64,000 nt of DNA from an uncultured Acidimicrobiaceae bacterium (GTDB lineage Bacteria > Actinomycetota > Acidimicrobiia > Spongiisociales > SHLN01). This document shows, piece after piece, positions 60,660-64,000 of this stretch. Within the stretch, counting starts at the first letter, position 1; every line of letters starts with the position of its first letter. The notes beneath the pieces were generated by a model, which was given only the letters and a program-made list of their open reading frames with translations, was not told where the DNA came from and did no database searches. The stretch is taken from positions 481 to 64,480 of the forward strand of contig CAMYMH010000011.1 in the NCBI GenBank assembly GCA_947259275.1, in the 5' to 3' direction. The position numbers and the translations under genes were made by a program.

Positions 60660-62102
60660 CTAGGCCGCTTGGCGGTAGATCGGGAGATCTGTCGGTCTCG
60701 GTGGCTCCGGTGCGATCGGATCTTGGTCCTTCCCGGGTGGGTGGGTGCCGGACCCTCCCAGCACGGCTTCGAGAAGTGGGAGGGCCCGATTGACCTGGCG
60801 GGCCGAGATGACCCGGTCCCACAGCCACTCGAATTTCTTCCACCCACCGGCGTATGCCAGGTGCCGAAGCCAGTCGCCGCGGTTGTCGTGGGAGCCGGCG
60901 CTGCGCAGGATGGAGCCCCACCGGTAGAAGTCCCGGTAGGCACCACGGTATCCGCCCAGTAGCTGACCGGGCGTGAGGCCCCGAGGTTGATAAACGACGT
61001 CGCGGGTGGTGTATCGATCCCAATCGTCGGTGAGGATGCGGCGGTCGGCCTGCAGCCGGGTGTGGAGCCTGGTTCCCGGGTAAGGGGTAAGGATATGAAA
61101 GGTGGCCGTCTCGATCCCGGCCGAAACCGCCCACTCCACGGTGCGGTCGAAAACGCCGGCATCGTCGTGGTCGAGGCCGAACACAAAGCTGGCGTTGACC
61201 ATGATGCCGAGGTCGTGAACCCGCTTCACCACCTCGCCATAGTCGCGAGAGAGGTTCTGGGGCTTGTGATGGCCGGCCAGGTTGTCGGCGCTGAGGGTCT
61301 CGAACCCGATGAACACGCTCCGCATGCCGGCCGCCGCCGCCTCCTCCAGGAGACCCGGCCGGAGCACGGCGTCGACCGTGGAGGCGGCCTGCCACAGGCG
61401 GCCCATGCCGCCCATCCCGGCGAACAACTCGCGGGCGAAGCTGGGCTTGCCGAGCAGGTGGTCGTCGAGGAAGTACACGTGGCGCCCCGGCAGCCGTTCG
61501 ATCTCGGCCAGGGCGTCGTCAACCGCCTGGGTGTAGAACCCTTGGCCACCCGTGTAGAAGGCGTCCTTGTAGCAGAAGTCGCAATGGTGGGGGCAGCCGC
61601 GCGATACGACGATCGAGTTGGGGCACAGGTAGAGGTTGCGCTTGATGAGATCTCGTCGTACCGGAGGGATTCCCACCAGGGTGCGCACCGACGACTCGTA
61701 TCGGGGCTTGGGATTCCCGGCCCGGAAGTCCGCCAGGAACTCTGGCCAGGTGGCCTCGCCGGGCCCCAGGAAGATGGAATCGGCGTGGCGGGCAGCCTCG
61801 TCCGGCAAAGAGGTGACGTGGAGCCCGCCCATCGCCACGTGCACACCGCGGTGGCGATAGAGGTCGGCGATCTGGTATGACCGCCGGGCAGAGGTGATGT
61901 ACACCTGAATCACAACCAGGTCCGGCTCGTCGCCCAGGTCGAGCGTCTCAACGTGCTCGTCCTGCAGCACCACCTCGTCGTCGGGGTCGAGGTGGCTCGC
62001 CAGGGTCGCCAAGCCGAGCGGAGGGACCAGCGAGTACTTGATCGGCCGCCAACCCGGGCCGGTCGCTTCGATGAGCGCCGGCAGGATCATCTTCACTCGC
62101 AC
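60660..62102 (-). CDS. B12-binding domain radical SAM protein
   Basis: 'PPLGLATLA', 'GGLHVT', CxxxCxxC 'SRGCPHHCDFC', 'TPYPGT'. Confidence 0.93.
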   Translation of the reverse strand: MRVKMILPALIEATGPGWRPIKYSLVPPLGLATLASHLDPDDEVVLQDEHVETLDLGDEPDLVVIQVYITSARRSYQIADLYRHRGVHVAMGGLHVTSLPDEAARHADSIFLGPGEATWPEFLADFRAGNPKPRYESSVRTLVGIPPVRRDLIKRNLYLCPNSIVVSRGCPHHCDFCYKDAFYTGGQGFYTQAVDDALAEIERLPGRHVYFLDDHLLGKPSFARELFAGMGGMGRLWQAASTVDAVLRPGLLEEAAAAGMRSVFIGFETLSADNLAGHHKPQNLSRDYGEVVKRVHDLGIMVNASFVFGLDHDDAGVFDRTVEWAVSAGIETATFHILTPYPGTRLHTRLQADRRILTDDWDRYTTRDVVYQPRGLTPGQLLGGYRGAYRDFYRWGSILRSAGSHDNRGDWLRHLAYAGGWKKFEWLWDRVISARQVNRALPLLEAVLGGSGTHPPGKDQDPIAPEPPRPTDLPIYRQAA

Positions 62103-62103
62103 G

Positions 62104-62649
62104 TCACACGCCCTGGACGTGAACGAATGCCCGCCGGGCCCTGGCCTGGTCCAGCTCGACGAACATCACCCGTTGCCAGCGACCGAGCAAGGCCTCACCC
62201 TCCACCACCGGGACGATCACGGTTGGGGACCCGACGAGCATGGCCCGGCAATGGGCATGGCCATTCACGAACTCGTCTTCTTGCAGGTTCTCGGTCCGGA
62301 GCTCGTAATCGTCGTGCTCGTAGTAGACGCCGGCCGGGACCTGGGATTCGAGCAGCCGCCGAAAGTCGTTGAGGAACCCCGTTTCCGCCTCGTTCACCAC
62401 GATGCTGGTGGTGGTGTGAGGCGTGTAGATGGTCGCCTGTCCATTGGTCAGTCCCGACCTATCGATCACCTCGTGCACGAGGCGGGTGAGATCCCAGAAC
62501 TCGTTCGGCGCGGTGGTCGAGAAATGGATCACCTCGGTACGGAGAAGGGGATCCGAGGTGGCGGCCAGCACCACGGTCTTTCCGTTCGGCTCTCGAGTCG
62601 TCCAAGGGGAAGTCGTCGCGCAATCCACGGATCTCAATCCGGCCGTCAT
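62104..62649 (-). CDS. yjbQ: YjbQ/UPF0047 family protein (copy 2)
   Basis: 'PHTTTSIVVNE', 'NGHAH', 'LGRWQRVMFVELD'; stop 1 bp before the radical SAM start. Confidence 0.9.
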   Translation of the reverse strand: MTAGLRSVDCATTSPWTTREPNGKTVVLAATSDPLLRTEVIHFSTTAPNEFWDLTRLVHEVIDRSGLTNGQATIYTPHTTTSIVVNEAETGFLNDFRRLLESQVPAGVYYEHDDYELRTENLQEDEFVNGHAHCRAMLVGSPTVIVPVVEGEALLGRWQRVMFVELDQARARRAFVHVQGV

Positions 62650-62768
62650 CTCGGTCTCCTTCGTCGGCGCAGGGTCTCATCACCACCGTACGAATTGGAG
62701 ATGGAGGAGTCTCACCGACCAAGTGAAGATGTCGTGCAGGGGAACACCTTCGGTGTTCCTAGGAGTAC

Positions 62769-62840
62769 GTTGCCGGTTGCCGGTTGCCGGTTGCCGGGTG
62801 CCGGTTGCCGTTGGGCGTGGCCGGTTGGCGGTTGGCAGCT
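62769..62840. repeat. Heptamer array (GTTGCCG)x6 plus degenerate units
   Basis: gttgccg x4 ggtgccg gttgccg ... gccggtt ggcggtt ggcagct, directly downstream of the tpl stop. Confidence 0.92.
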
Positions 62841-62844
62841 CCCG

Positions 62845-64000
62845 CTACGCGGGAGCGATTTCCTCAAACCGCGCCTGGAAGAATCGCAGCTCGTCTGGTT
62901 CGTAGGCGAACTGGAGGCCTTTCACATCGTCCCGGTTCTCGTAGACCCGGGCGATCGATTCGATGGTCACGTCCATGTGGGATTGGGTGTAGACCCGGCG
63001 CGGAACGGCCAGGCGGGTCAGTTCCAGCTTGGGATGGTGGTTCTCGCCCGTCTCCCGGTCACGGCCGGCCGACACGATCCCGCGTTCCATGCCTCGTACC
63101 CCGGCATCCAGATAGATGGCGGCGGTGAGGGCGGCGGCCGGGAAGTGTTCCTGGGGCAGATGGTCGAGGATCGCCCGCGCGTCGAGGAACACCGCGTGAC
63201 CACCGACCGGGCGCACGATCGGGATTGCCCGCTTGATGAGGCCGTCGCCCAGATACTCGACCTGGCCGACCCGCGAACGCACGTGATCGTCCGAGGCGGC
63301 CATCTCTTCGATGCCGCGGGCGAGTGCCTCCATGTCGCGGCCCGACATGCCACCGTAGGTGTGGAGACCTTCGAAGGCCACCAGCAACGAGCGCGCTTTG
63401 CGAGCCAGCTCGGGATCGCGCAGCAGCAGGAGCCCGCCGATGTTGACGAGGTTGTCCTTCTTGGACGACACGGTGGCGCCATCCGAGTACGAGCAGATCT
63501 CCCGCAGAATGTCGTGAATCGAGCGTTCGGCGTAGCCGTGCTCGCGCTGCTGGATGAAGTAGGCGTTCTCCAGCGCCCGGGTGGCGTCGAGCATGACCAG
63601 GATGCCCCGCGCCGAGCAGTACTCGTACACCTCACGCAAGTTCGCCATCGAGGCGGGCTGGCCGCCAGCCAGGTTCACATTGGTCTCGAATGACACGTAG
63701 GGCACCTGCTCGGCGCCGTATTCGTCAACGACGGCTGCCAGCTTGCCGAGGTCGATGTTGCCCTTGAAGGGGTGGAGGTTGCCCGGCTCGTGAGCCTCGT
63801 CGATGATCACATCGAAGAACTTGCCGCCGGCGTACTCCTGGTGAAACCGCGTGGTCGTGAAGTACATGTTGCCGGGAATCGCGTCTCCGGGCTTGATGAG
63901 GATTTGGCTGAGGATGTGCTCGGCGCCCCTGCCCTGATGGGTGGGCACAACCTCCTCATAGCCATAGACGTCATGGACGGCATCGACGAGGTGATAGAAG
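62845..64000 (-). CDS. tpl: Tyrosine phenol-lyase (beta-eliminating lyase, tryptophanase family); 5' end lies beyond the window
   Basis: 'HQGRGAE', 'NMYFTTTRFHQE', PLP lysine 'SSKKD', 'YGGMSGRD', 'PRRVYT', 'LRFFQARF'. Confidence 0.85.
   Translation of the reverse strand, partial: FYHLVDAVHDVYGYEEVVPTHQGRGAEHILSQILIKPGDAIPGNMYFTTTRFHQEYAGGKFFDVIIDEAHEPGNLHPFKGNIDLGKLAAVVDEYGAEQVPYVSFETNVNLAGGQPASMANLREVYEYCSARGILVMLDATRALENAYFIQQREHGYAERSIHDILREICSYSDGATVSSKKDNLVNIGGLLLLRDPELARKARSLLVAFEGLHTYGGMSGRDMEALARGIEEMAASDDHVRSRVGQVEYLGDGLIKRAIPIVRPVGGHAVFLDARAILDHLPQEHFPAAALTAAIYLDAGVRGMERGIVSAGRDRETGENHHPKLELTRLAVPRRVYTQSHMDVTIESIARVYENRDDVKGLQFAYEPDELRFFQARFEEIAPA

Noticed and set aside
62650-62768. 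Possible TPP or cobalamin riboswitch upstream of yjbQ-radical SAM
   Set aside because: Only a hairpin (GGAACACC-ttc-GGTGTTCC) is present; neither the TPP core nor a B12 box was found
62038-63693. Long plus-strand ORF of 551 aa (likewise 1654-3147, 18491-19966, 34195-35397, 52481-54286, 54566-55801)
   Set aside because: Antisense shadow ORFs of well-supported genes, typical of high-GC DNA; no motifs

Overview
High-GC (roughly 65-68% by eye), gene-dense chromosomal window. The gene set (HspR-type dnaK operon, bS22/AURKAIP1, PAC2, DevR/DevS, F420 PPOX protein, many L-x-A-A-C lipoproteins with Thr-rich linkers) points to an actinobacterium, probably Acidimicrobiia (inference). It holds about 60 CDS: a sugar ABC transporter, a DosR/DevR-type stress block (RR, GAF kinase, Na/Ca exchanger, USP, CtpF-like ATPase), copZ-copA, lnt/lgt, purA-purB, an Aap/Bzt amino-acid ABC transporter, nfeD-SPFH, clpB, mscL, dnaK-grpE-dnaJ-hspR, a two-component system, a B12 radical SAM, two yjbQ paralogs and a 5'-truncated tyrosine phenol-lyase. 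No rRNA, tRNA, CRISPR array, integrase or transposase was recognised. The main unexplained signal is intergenic. At least 9 loci carry tandem 7-bp arrays from several sequence families. Wherever two arrays share a locus, the C-rich one is on the left and the G-rich one on the right, so they face inward. One such pair encloses a lone four-helix-bundle (TIGR02436/Avd-like) gene, and three other pairs enclose only 20-50 bp. This looks like a full cassette plus empty derivatives. Also notable are a second family of palindromic composite elements, two mosaic lipoproteins with pilin-head-like and NTF2-like modules, a helical insertion in AapQ, a duplicated GrpE helix and a doubly deleted DinB pseudogene. 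All calls come from motif recognition by eye; no searches were run.
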